A stretch of DNA of 64,000 nucleotides from a virus. Both the position numbers and the translations under genes were made by a program. The notes beneath the pieces are model-generated. The model did no database searches and had not been told where the DNA came from. It saw nothing but the letters and a program-made list of their open reading frames with translations. Shown one piece after another: positions 17,191-25,923 of the stretch; position 1 is the first letter of the stretch, and every line of letters starts with the position of its first letter. The stretch is taken from the IMG/VR virus record IMGVR_UViG_3300005613_000004; one strand, given 5' to 3'.

Positions 17191-17970
17191 ATGGCAATAC
17201 CACCAATTAGAAATAATTTGGTAAGAGATGCTAAGGATATTTTTGGTAAAATATCACAATCAAATCACTATGAGGTGAGTTTTTCTTCTCTAAAAACTCC
17301 TATATTAAATCATATTAAAACAAGATTTGGAACTGACTTAAAAGATTTTACATCTCGTAAGGCTGGACTTCTTTGTTCTGATGCATCTCTTCCAACAAGT
17401 GGATTTGCAACTGCAGAAACAAAAGGTGATTTTATAGGAATACCACAAGAGTTTGCTCATACGAGATTATATACTGATATCGATTTCACTTTTTATGTTG
17501 ATGATTGTTATGAGAATATAATACTTTTTGAGGGATGGATAGATTATATTTCAAGTGGAAGTGGAATTAACGAAGATGATTTAAGTTACTATAGAAGAAT
17601 GAGATTTCCAGAAGGACCTAATGGATATAAAATAGAAACAATGTATATTACTAAATTTGAAAGAAACTACAATAAAACAAAAAGAAAAATATGTTATCAA
17701 TTCAAGAATGTATTTCCTAAGACGATGACATCGATTCCAGTTTCTTATGGAACTGCGGACTTACTCAAAGTTAATGTGACATTTAATTATGATCGTTATA
17801 TTGTGAATCACAAAGGCAATAACTCAAAACCAAGTCCTAATGAATCTCCACCAGATGATAATTCTTTAAACAAATTTAATCCAAATGCTCAATCTCTTCT
17901 TTCCTTTGAGGAATATGTAAATAGATCACCGATAAATCTAAGACCATATCCTCTAGAGGAACTACAATAA
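17191..17970 (+). CDS. Tail-tube-like protein / baseplate tail-tube initiator (gp54/gp19-like)
   Basis: 'LLCSDASLP', 'TRLYTDIDFTFYVD', 'NVFPKTM', 'LKVNVTFNY'. Confidence 0.7.
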   Translation: MAIPPIRNNLVRDAKDIFGKISQSNHYEVSFSSLKTPILNHIKTRFGTDLKDFTSRKAGLLCSDASLPTSGFATAETKGDFIGIPQEFAHTRLYTDIDFTFYVDDCYENIILFEGWIDYISSGSGINEDDLSYYRRMRFPEGPNGYKIETMYITKFERNYNKTKRKICYQFKNVFPKTMTSIPVSYGTADLLKVNVTFNYDRYIVNHKGNNSKPSPNESPPDDNSLNKFNPNAQSLLSFEEYVNRSPINLRPYPLEELQ

Positions 17971-17996
17971 ATAACAATACTTATAATTGAAAGATT

Positions 17997-18719
17997 ATGC
18001 CTTTACCCAAGATTAATACTCCTACTTATGAGTTGGAATTGCCTTCTACTGGAAAAAAAATTAAATATCGTCCTTTCTTAGTTAAGGAAGAGAAAGTTTT
18101 ATTATTGGCATTAGAATCTGAAGATATGAAGCAGATTTCTAATGGAATAGTTCAAATTTTGAATGATTGTATTCTAACGAGAGGTGTTAAAGTAGAATCT
18201 CTTGCCACTTTTGATATTGAATATATTTTTCTTAATGTGCGTTCAAAATCTGTAGGGGAAAATGTGGAAGTAAATATTACCTGCCCTGATGATGGTGAAA
18301 CGACTGTAGAAATGTCAATTGACATCGATTCAATTAAGGTTAAAAAGAATAAGGATCATAAGAACATCATTAAGTTGGATGATGAGTATTCAATGAAATT
18401 GAAGTATCCTTCTTTCGATCAATTTATTGATAATAATTTTGAAGTAAGTGATAATTCAAGCGATGTGAGCAAATCACTTGATATGATTACTTCTTGCATT
18501 GAGATGGTATATAATGAAGAAGAAAGTTGGGAAGCAACTGACTGTTCAAAAAAAGAATTGACAGAATTTGTTGATCAACTAAACAGTAAGCAGTTTAAAC
18601 AAATTGAAACTTTCTTCACCACAATGCCAAAATTGTCTCATTTAATTACTGTAAAGAATCCTAATACAGGAGTTGAATCTGAAGTTGTACTTGAGGGTCT
18701 GGCAAGTTTTTTCAGCTAA
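17997..18719 (+). CDS. gp26: Baseplate hub subunit
   Basis: 'MPLPKINTPTYELELPSTGKKIKYRPFLVKEEK', 'RSKSVGE', 'LEGLASFF'. Confidence 0.92.
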   Translation: MPLPKINTPTYELELPSTGKKIKYRPFLVKEEKVLLLALESEDMKQISNGIVQILNDCILTRGVKVESLATFDIEYIFLNVRSKSVGENVEVNITCPDDGETTVEMSIDIDSIKVKKNKDHKNIIKLDDEYSMKLKYPSFDQFIDNNFEVSDNSSDVSKSLDMITSCIEMVYNEEESWEATDCSKKELTEFVDQLNSKQFKQIETFFTTMPKLSHLITVKNPNTGVESEVVLEGLASFFS

Positions 18720-18721
18720 GT

Positions 18722-18901
18722 ATGGCTCATACTAATCTTGAGTCATACTATAAAATTAATTTTGCTATGATGCAGCATCATAAATACTCATTAACAGAGT
18801 TAGAAAATATGATTCCGTGGGAGAGAGAGATTTATCTTGCTTTACTCCAACAATATATCGAGGAAGAAAATCTAAAGGCACAACAGCAGAATGGAATCTA
18901 A
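18722..18901 (+). CDS. gp51: Baseplate hub assembly catalyst
   Basis: Hand translation MAHTNLESYYKINFAMMQHHKYSLTELENMIPWEREIY..., directly after gp26. Confidence 0.85.
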   Translation: MAHTNLESYYKINFAMMQHHKYSLTELENMIPWEREIYLALLQQYIEEENLKAQQQNGI

Positions 18902-20432
18902 CATAGAAGTAAAAACTCCTAAATTAAATATTTCTAACATCAAAAGTCCCCTGACTGATGGGGGAAATAGTTTGGGTAATGTTGGGCAAGGAGGAACTTC
19001 CAAAGTAGGAACTCTTGCAAAGATTGTAAGAAAGAATAGAATATCAATCAACTCTATTGCAAAGTCTCAAGAAGTTCAAGATGAAAAAATAATAGAACTA
19101 AAAAATATATCGCAAACCAAAAATAAAAAGCAAGATAAAGGCAAAAATAACTTTAATACTACTCTTTTAGAAACAAATAAAATTCTTGTAGAAATTCAGA
19201 AGCAACTTGAACAGCATTTCAGTAATCTAGCAAAGGAAGAGAAAGAAAAGCAACAAACTTTAAAGAAAGAGAAGTCCAAAAAAAGATTTGGAATGGAAGA
19301 AGGTGCTTTAGAAAGTGCAAAAAGAATAGGAAGTGCATTAGTTAAAACAACATCAAAAATATTATCACCAGTTAAAGGATTTTTTGATAAAATATTAGAA
19401 TTTCTTGGATTTCTTGCTGCAGGATTTTTAACTAATGCAGTATTTGGTTGGTTATCTAAAGAAGAAAATCGGAAAAAACTACAAAAGTTTTTCAATATAT
19501 TGACACAAAATTGGAAATTATTTGCAAAAATATTGGCAACCTTTGCTGCTTTAAAGATAGGTGCATCTCTTCTTGGAGGACTTAGTGTTCTGAAAGCATC
19601 ACTTTTTCTTCTTAAAACATTATTCATGAACCCATTATTTTGGAAAGCACTTTTAGCTGTTGGTGTTGGTATTCTTGCATTTAAAGCAGGAGAAGCTCTT
19701 TACAAGTCTGTTCGTGGAGGAGTTACTGGGGGTCAATCTTTTAATAAGGCGTATGATGTTTTGAATGCGAGGTTAGACGATGCTGGTCTTAAAATTGATC
19801 TAATGGGTCGAGCATCTGCCGATACAGGAGATGGACTGACAAGGACTTATGACTTGACTCCAGAACAACAAGCAATTGTTGATGATGTTAAAGAAAAAAG
19901 AGAACAATTAAAAAGTTTGAAGTCTCAAATGGAGGCTGATATGGAAAAAGCAGCCTCTAAAGTAGAATATCAAGGATGGACAGGTAGTGCAAAAGATGGG
20001 TTGAACCAAACTTCAAATTTGAAGGAACTTGAAAGAAATAAAGTTAGAAAACAATATAATGATAAAATTCTTAAAATTGTTCTTCCAGAATATACTAACA
20101 TAGAACCAAGGGAAATGGGTGGTCCTGTAATGGCAGGAAGGACATATCTCGTAGGTGAAAAAGGTCCAGAATTATTCTCCCCAAATATTGATGGTTCTAT
20201 TGTCAATAATATGAGAACTGAAAAAATATATAATATGATTTCTAACAATCCTAAAAGAAATAGAAAAGTAAATATTCAAACAATGGATCTTCCTCCGATT
20301 ACAGTACCGATGGGTGGAGAAGGTTCTACATCTTCTCCTTCTCCTGCTCCTTCAGTTCCAACAATATCTTCTAGAAACATATTAGATTCTATGAGAAATG
20401 AAACACCAGGAATTTATGGGATATATGTATAA
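18891..20432 (+). CDS. Baseplate hub / tape-measure-like protein
   Basis: Coiled-coil and hydrophobic segments; motif 'GGPVMAGRTYLVGEKGPELF'; synteny after gp51. Confidence 0.6.
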   Translation: MESNIEVKTPKLNISNIKSPLTDGGNSLGNVGQGGTSKVGTLAKIVRKNRISINSIAKSQEVQDEKIIELKNISQTKNKKQDKGKNNFNTTLLETNKILVEIQKQLEQHFSNLAKEEKEKQQTLKKEKSKKRFGMEEGALESAKRIGSALVKTTSKILSPVKGFFDKILEFLGFLAAGFLTNAVFGWLSKEENRKKLQKFFNILTQNWKLFAKILATFAALKIGASLLGGLSVLKASLFLLKTLFMNPLFWKALLAVGVGILAFKAGEALYKSVRGGVTGGQSFNKAYDVLNARLDDAGLKIDLMGRASADTGDGLTRTYDLTPEQQAIVDDVKEKREQLKSLKSQMEADMEKAASKVEYQGWTGSAKDGLNQTSNLKELERNKVRKQYNDKILKIVLPEYTNIEPREMGGPVMAGRTYLVGEKGPELFSPNIDGSIVNNMRTEKIYNMISNNPKRNRKVNIQTMDLPPITVPMGGEGSTSSPSPAPSVPTISSRNILDSMRNETPGIYGIYV

Positions 20433-20435
20433 GAT

Positions 20436-21938
20436 ATGGAAAATCAAGTAAAGCAACTTAAAATTAATGTAACGAATATTAATAGTTTTCTCATGAAATC
20501 TAATAAGGATTATATTAAGTTGAAAAAGAAAAATAAAAAGATTATATATGAGCAAAAAGAATCGATTAAAAAAATAAATAAAGAAAAGAAAATAGAAAAA
20601 AATTCACTTAAATCACCTCTATCTGGAGTTGCGGAAGTTGCTAAAACTCCTATGAGTATTTTTGATAAGATTTTTAATTTTGGTATATTATTGTTAGGAG
20701 GATTTTTAGCAAATGCTCTTCCTGGTATTATAAAGAAAGTGGAAGAATTTAAAGAAAAACATAAAGAAACGATAAATTCTGTTGTTGGAATTTTATCTAA
20801 TATAAAAGATGGTATTGTTGGATTATTTGATTCTTTTACTGGACCAGCTGCAAAAGAAGGTGCATTTGATAATATTGCAAAATTTAGTGATGATGGAAAA
20901 TTAATCGGAGGAGCACTTAAAGAAGTAGAAAAAGCATATGATGGACTCGATCGTCTTATTGTTGAAGTAGATAAGGCACTAGGTGGAAAAACAACTCTTG
21001 CCAAGAAAGATGGAGTTGAAGGTATAAGAAGTCAAAGAACTGGTATTTTTACTCCCAAACAATTTACTCCAGAAGAAAGGAAAAGATATGAAGCAACAAG
21101 ATCTGCAAGAAATATTCCTACTTCTGGGTCTACTGAAGAAGACTCACAGTTTCCGGAGGATAGTAATAGACGAAATGATCACTCTTCAGGATCTGGAGGT
21201 GGAGTAGGAAGTAGTATCCCATATACTCCAGGAAAGGGTAAGTCTGGTAGAAAAATATTTTTGCATTGGAGTGCAGGTGGTTATAATGATGCTGCTAATG
21301 CATATCACTCAATAGTATTGGGGGATGGAGAGGTTGTTCGTCATACTCCATATGATCAAGATAAGTACAGTCATACTGGAGGAGGAAATACTAATTCTGT
21401 AGGTTTAAGTATTGCTGCAATGGCAGGAGCAACGGAAAATAATTTCGGTAGTTATCCAGTTAAAGACATCCAAATACAAAAAATGGTACTGGAAGCAGCA
21501 AAACTTGCTGTTGATTGGGGATGGAGTGAGTCAAATATCAGAAGTAATGTGAGAACACATGGTGAATGGGAAAGATATGCAACAAAAAATGGAATTCTTC
21601 CAGGAAAACCTCAAAGGTGGGACTTGGATAAATTATATCAGTCCGATCCAAATGTTGACTTAAGTAAGGAATTGAGTAGTGGAGGCGATCGTCTTCGAGA
21701 TATGATTATAAAGGAATTTAATAATTTGAAAAAAAACAAAAATAATGAAAGAAATAATATTAAAATTCCTCCAAATTCTAAGTTAACTCCTGAACAGATT
21801 ATTTCACCAAAAAAACTCAAAGAAAATAATATTATTTTAGAACCAGTTTCATCTGGCGAAGAAGAAAATGAAACATTTATATGGTTAATTACACAACCAG
21901 TAATTCCTATCAATCCTTACAACCAATTTAAAAAGTAA
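20436..21938 (+). CDS. Baseplate-associated protein with N-acetylmuramoyl-L-alanine amidase (Amidase_2-like) domain
   Basis: 'IFLHWSAG..YHSIVLGDG..HTGGGNTNSVGLSI..THGE' Zn-amidase motifs. Confidence 0.75.
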   Translation: MENQVKQLKINVTNINSFLMKSNKDYIKLKKKNKKIIYEQKESIKKINKEKKIEKNSLKSPLSGVAEVAKTPMSIFDKIFNFGILLLGGFLANALPGIIKKVEEFKEKHKETINSVVGILSNIKDGIVGLFDSFTGPAAKEGAFDNIAKFSDDGKLIGGALKEVEKAYDGLDRLIVEVDKALGGKTTLAKKDGVEGIRSQRTGIFTPKQFTPEERKRYEATRSARNIPTSGSTEEDSQFPEDSNRRNDHSSGSGGGVGSSIPYTPGKGKSGRKIFLHWSAGGYNDAANAYHSIVLGDGEVVRHTPYDQDKYSHTGGGNTNSVGLSIAAMAGATENNFGSYPVKDIQIQKMVLEAAKLAVDWGWSESNIRSNVRTHGEWERYATKNGILPGKPQRWDLDKLYQSDPNVDLSKELSSGGDRLRDMIIKEFNNLKKNKNNERNNIKIPPNSKLTPEQIISPKKLKENNIILEPVSSGEEENETFIWLITQPVIPINPYNQFKK

Positions 21939-21943
21939 ATAAA

Positions 21944-23194
21944 ATGGCAAATAGATCAAGTAGTTCAATTTATGAAAAACTATCCATCACAAAAGGTGAT
22001 ACAGAAGTCAATCTCATAGGAAAGGTTGTTGGGTTTGATTATTATGAAAGTTTATTGTCTCCAAATGTGACGGCAACGATTGGATTTATTGATACTGGCA
22101 GTACTCTAAAAGACGAAAGTAAAAATATTTTCGGAACAATTTATAATACATTGCCAATTACTGGTGGAGAGGAGATTAAATATAAAATTGGACCACTTAA
22201 GGGAAGTCTTTTCAATAACGCAACAATTAATCCAAATCAAGAATCGCAGAGAGAATCTGTGGTTATGAGTTTAATTTCTAAAGAAGGGATAGAAAATTAT
22301 AACATTGCAAATTCTAAAAAGTATAATGGAAATATTTCAGATTCTGTAAAAAAGATTTTGCAAAGTTCTTTCAATGTTCAAGAATCAAACTTAGATTTAG
22401 ATAAAACTAGTAATGGTTATTCATTTGTTGGTGCTAATGATAATCCATTCGAATTGATAACAGATCTCGCATCTATGTCAACATATGCAGAAGGAAATCC
22501 TGGATTTTTCTTTTATCAAACTAGAGAAGGTTTTAAATACAAAGCAATTGATAATCTAATCAAACAAGAACCAAAGGAAACTTATTATTACTATGGGGCA
22601 ATGAGAGATGGTCTAGAAGATGATCGTAATAATAATAAAATAATTTCATTTTCTGTACAAAAAAATCAAAACATTGTAAATGCAATGAAGTCTGGTGTCT
22701 ACGAGACTAGAAATATATTTACAAATCCTCTTACACTAGAAGTCACAGAATTCATTTTTAAAATTGAAAATAATAAGTTAACAACAACTTTAGGAAGAGA
22801 TATTGATTATTCTCCTGTAAAATCAAACAATTATTATTCAAGAACATTCTCTTCAATGTTAGATGTTGGTTCATTTAGTTCTGGAATTGATGTTAATCTT
22901 AATAATGATCCTAGAGAATATCTTTCAAAAGCAGCAATGAGATATAATCTACTAATGAGTCAGAAGATAGATATAATGATACCATCAAATTTAAATCTGG
23001 TAGCTGGTGATATTATAAAATGTGAATTTGAAAAATTGTCCGATGATAAAGTTATCAGTCCTTTTGATATAAATCAAAGTGGAAATTATTTAATCTTAGA
23101 TCTCTGCCATCATTTTGATACAAAGAGATCTTTTACATCTTTAACTCTTGTTCGTGATTCTTTTGGAGCATACACTAGTAAAAATAAGAAATAA
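21944..23194 (+). CDS. Baseplate hub protein (gp27-like)
   Basis: Position in the hub cluster; 'GFFFYQTREGFKYKAID', 'SGNYLILDLCHHF..TLVRDSFG'. Confidence 0.6.
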   Translation: MANRSSSSIYEKLSITKGDTEVNLIGKVVGFDYYESLLSPNVTATIGFIDTGSTLKDESKNIFGTIYNTLPITGGEEIKYKIGPLKGSLFNNATINPNQESQRESVVMSLISKEGIENYNIANSKKYNGNISDSVKKILQSSFNVQESNLDLDKTSNGYSFVGANDNPFELITDLASMSTYAEGNPGFFFYQTREGFKYKAIDNLIKQEPKETYYYYGAMRDGLEDDRNNNKIISFSVQKNQNIVNAMKSGVYETRNIFTNPLTLEVTEFIFKIENNKLTTTLGRDIDYSPVKSNNYYSRTFSSMLDVGSFSSGIDVNLNNDPREYLSKAAMRYNLLMSQKIDIMIPSNLNLVAGDIIKCEFEKLSDDKVISPFDINQSGNYLILDLCHHFDTKRSFTSLTLVRDSFGAYTSKNKK

Positions 23195-23802
23195 TGAAAA
23201 ATAGTTTAACCACAGAAAATAGAATACCATTTCTAGCTACAGTAGTTGGATTTGATTATCAAAAAGAACAAGCATCTGGTGAAGGGTGGGGATGGAGATA
23301 TAAGATTGCAATTCATGATTTTTATTCATCAAGTTCTGCAGAGATTAATGATAATAATATTGAATATGCAATTTGCATTCTTCCTTGCACTGCTGGTAGT
23401 GGAGGAGCAAATCGAGGACAATCAGTTAAAATAGTTCAGGGAGATATTGTTACTGGTTATAAGATGGGAGGAAAGAGAGGTATTGCTTTTATTGATGGGG
23501 TAATATCCAGATCATCTTTGGGTGGTGAATCTACAGTTAAGTTTGGTTTGGGAAGATTTGACGCAAAAAGTGGTTTCTGGAATAAAAATCAACCAAAAAA
23601 TATTTTTGAAAAAAGTGAAGTAAATTCTAGTGAAGGTGTTTGTACTCCAAGAGCACTGAATACTGGTTCAGGTTCTGATAAGTCCAAAGGAAGAGCAATT
23701 CCTGCTGATAAACTTCAAGAAATAGGAATCGATGCATTTTCTGCTGTAGCATCTGGAGAATTTGTAAAACCAATTGTGGCTACTGCATCAGATTTTTTAT
23801 AA
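23194..23802 (+). CDS. gp5 N-terminal OB-fold-like baseplate protein
   Basis: 'WGWRYKIAI..YAICILP..GSG' and synteny. Confidence 0.55.
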   Translation: MKNSLTTENRIPFLATVVGFDYQKEQASGEGWGWRYKIAIHDFYSSSSAEINDNNIEYAICILPCTAGSGGANRGQSVKIVQGDIVTGYKMGGKRGIAFIDGVISRSSLGGESTVKFGLGRFDAKSGFWNKNQPKNIFEKSEVNSSEGVCTPRALNTGSGSDKSKGRAIPADKLQEIGIDAFSAVASGEFVKPIVATASDFL

Positions 23803-23829
23803 TAAATATCAGCACGGAGGATATAAATT

Positions 23830-25359
23830 ATGAGTTGCTCTATATCAGAATCAAATACAACAGGACAAACGATCATACAAGCAGATCCCTGTAAAGATAA
23901 TACTTTTGCGAAAATAGAAGCATATTTAAATAACTTTTTTGATAAGATTACGAGAGTAGGTAATGCAATATTAAATCTTTCTAATGAAATTAACTCTGTT
24001 GTTAATTTGATTAAGAGTACGATTACTGGATTTGTTAATAAAATTCTTGGTTCTTTAAGTGAAGCATTATCCAAACTTATCCAGAAGGGGATTAATGCCC
24101 TTACTAAACTTCTTACTTCTACTGGTGTTGGAATTCCTGTAATTATTGGAATTGAGAAACCATTAATCCCTCTTGCACAAAAACTTTTTGATGGTATATT
24201 TTGTGCATCAACAAAGGTACTTGAAGGTGCAAAAGACGTATTAACAGATTTGATTACTGGTGCAGTTAAAAATGTTTTGAATGCGGGGCAGTGTGTTGTT
24301 GAGCAACTAATAGGTGCATTTACAAATAATCTTGTAAATATTGTTGATTCAATCGTAGGTCCACTACTTGCTCCAATCGCAAATATTTTGAATGGATTCG
24401 GAAAACTTATTTTTGGATTTAATATCAAAGATTTTTTACTCACTGGAATTAATGCAATTAGAAAGATTGCAAATCTTTTTGAGTGTGATGAAAGTAAAAT
24501 TTGCCCTGCAAGTAGTAAATATAAAATTGATCAAGGATTATTAAAAGATTTAAGTGAAGAAGATGAAGGTAGTATTTGGAATACTATTTTTAGTGGAACT
24601 GCAATCTCTCAGGGGGCAACAAACCTCGTAACTGATTTTGAGAAAAAATATGGTAAATGGAATATTTTTGGAGCACCATTAAGTGAAACTGGTGGTATTG
24701 GTCCTTGCCAGTTTGGAAACATTATTAAGTGTGGAGCACCAACAGTTAGTTTCTTTGGTGGAGATGGTATAGGAGCTGCTGGTGAAGTTATTCTTGGAAA
24801 TATTATTGATAATGTTGATACAGAAGATGCTGTTGGTTCTATATTGAAAGTTGGAAGTATTGTTGGAGTGAACATGACTCGACCGGGAAGTGGATATACA
24901 AGATCACCAATTGTAACTTTTCAAGATAGTTGTAATAAGGGATATGGTGCATATGGTCGTGCAATCGTTGATCAAAATCCATCATCACCAACATTTGGAC
25001 AAGTCACTTCTGTTGTGATTACAAGTGAAGGTGAAAATTATCCTGCAGATATTGATGAACTACCACTTTATATTACTGATGTCATAATTGAAAATGGGGG
25101 ACAGAATTATTCAGATGAAGAATTAATATCCGTAATCGGTGCTGAAGATGATGTTGTGAATATTATTGCAAATACTTTTGAGATTGAAGTTACCGAAGGA
25201 AGAATTACTAATGTTTCTACTATTCCTGGTGTTGCATATAATGGATTACCAGACCTAAATATTCAAAGTATAAGTGGTTTTGGGGCAGTATTAAGACCTA
25301 TTATGTCAGTTGTAACACCACAAACTGAAGTTATTCAAGTTATTGATTGTGTGAGTTAA
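23830..25359 (+). CDS. Baseplate/tail structural protein
   Basis: 509 aa; 'GSGYTRSPIVTF', 'ENGGQNYS' beta-rich repeats; late promoter-like ATAAATA upstream. Confidence 0.6.
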   Translation: MSCSISESNTTGQTIIQADPCKDNTFAKIEAYLNNFFDKITRVGNAILNLSNEINSVVNLIKSTITGFVNKILGSLSEALSKLIQKGINALTKLLTSTGVGIPVIIGIEKPLIPLAQKLFDGIFCASTKVLEGAKDVLTDLITGAVKNVLNAGQCVVEQLIGAFTNNLVNIVDSIVGPLLAPIANILNGFGKLIFGFNIKDFLLTGINAIRKIANLFECDESKICPASSKYKIDQGLLKDLSEEDEGSIWNTIFSGTAISQGATNLVTDFEKKYGKWNIFGAPLSETGGIGPCQFGNIIKCGAPTVSFFGGDGIGAAGEVILGNIIDNVDTEDAVGSILKVGSIVGVNMTRPGSGYTRSPIVTFQDSCNKGYGAYGRAIVDQNPSSPTFGQVTSVVITSEGENYPADIDELPLYITDVIIENGGQNYSDEELISVIGAEDDVVNIIANTFEIEVTEGRITNVSTIPGVAYNGLPDLNIQSISGFGAVLRPIMSVVTPQTEVIQVIDCVS

Positions 25360-25361
25360 TT

Positions 25362-25922
25362 ATGGGACAAGAATCTAGAACTTATGATGTATTTGGACCA
25401 AAATTAGTTATTGAAACTGGAAATCCTCAGATAGGTACTCCGGGAAGAGAATCATTTAAAATGATGTCTACGACTGATTCTGGAATTCGTTTTGTTCAGT
25501 CACATACTGAAAGTGGTATGTCGAAGATCATGAGTGAAGGTTCAATGCAATTTGAAGTTGGTGCTTCAGATTTAGTTAATCCTGAACAAAATACATTTCA
25601 ATTTATATCTCATAAAGGTGATTTTTCCGTAAATGTTGATGGTGGACATATTAAAATTCATGGAAAAGCAATTACTATTGAAGCAACTGAACAACTTGTA
25701 ATGCAATCTCCGAAAATACAAATTGGATATGAAGAAGAGCACAAAACAAAAGATATTAAAATTCTTGGTCAGAATGTAGACATACGAACTACAAAAGGAA
25801 CTCTTGCCGATTCTTTATTAAGCAGTTCTTTCTTAAAAACATTTGAGGGAACTCTAATTGCAGATTTAGCTCTTGCGGCATCAGGTTCTCCAATTCAAGC
25901 AGCACTTAATATTGTAACCTAA
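25362..25922 (+). CDS. gp5 C-terminal spike-like structural protein
   Basis: Beta-strand-rich 'HIKIHGKAITIEATEQLVM'. ATG after AATT chosen; the track starts at 25347. Confidence 0.5.
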   Translation: MGQESRTYDVFGPKLVIETGNPQIGTPGRESFKMMSTTDSGIRFVQSHTESGMSKIMSEGSMQFEVGASDLVNPEQNTFQFISHKGDFSVNVDGGHIKIHGKAITIEATEQLVMQSPKIQIGYEEEHKTKDIKILGQNVDIRTTKGTLADSLLSSSFLKTFEGTLIADLALAASGSPIQAALNIVT

Positions 25923-25923
25923 A

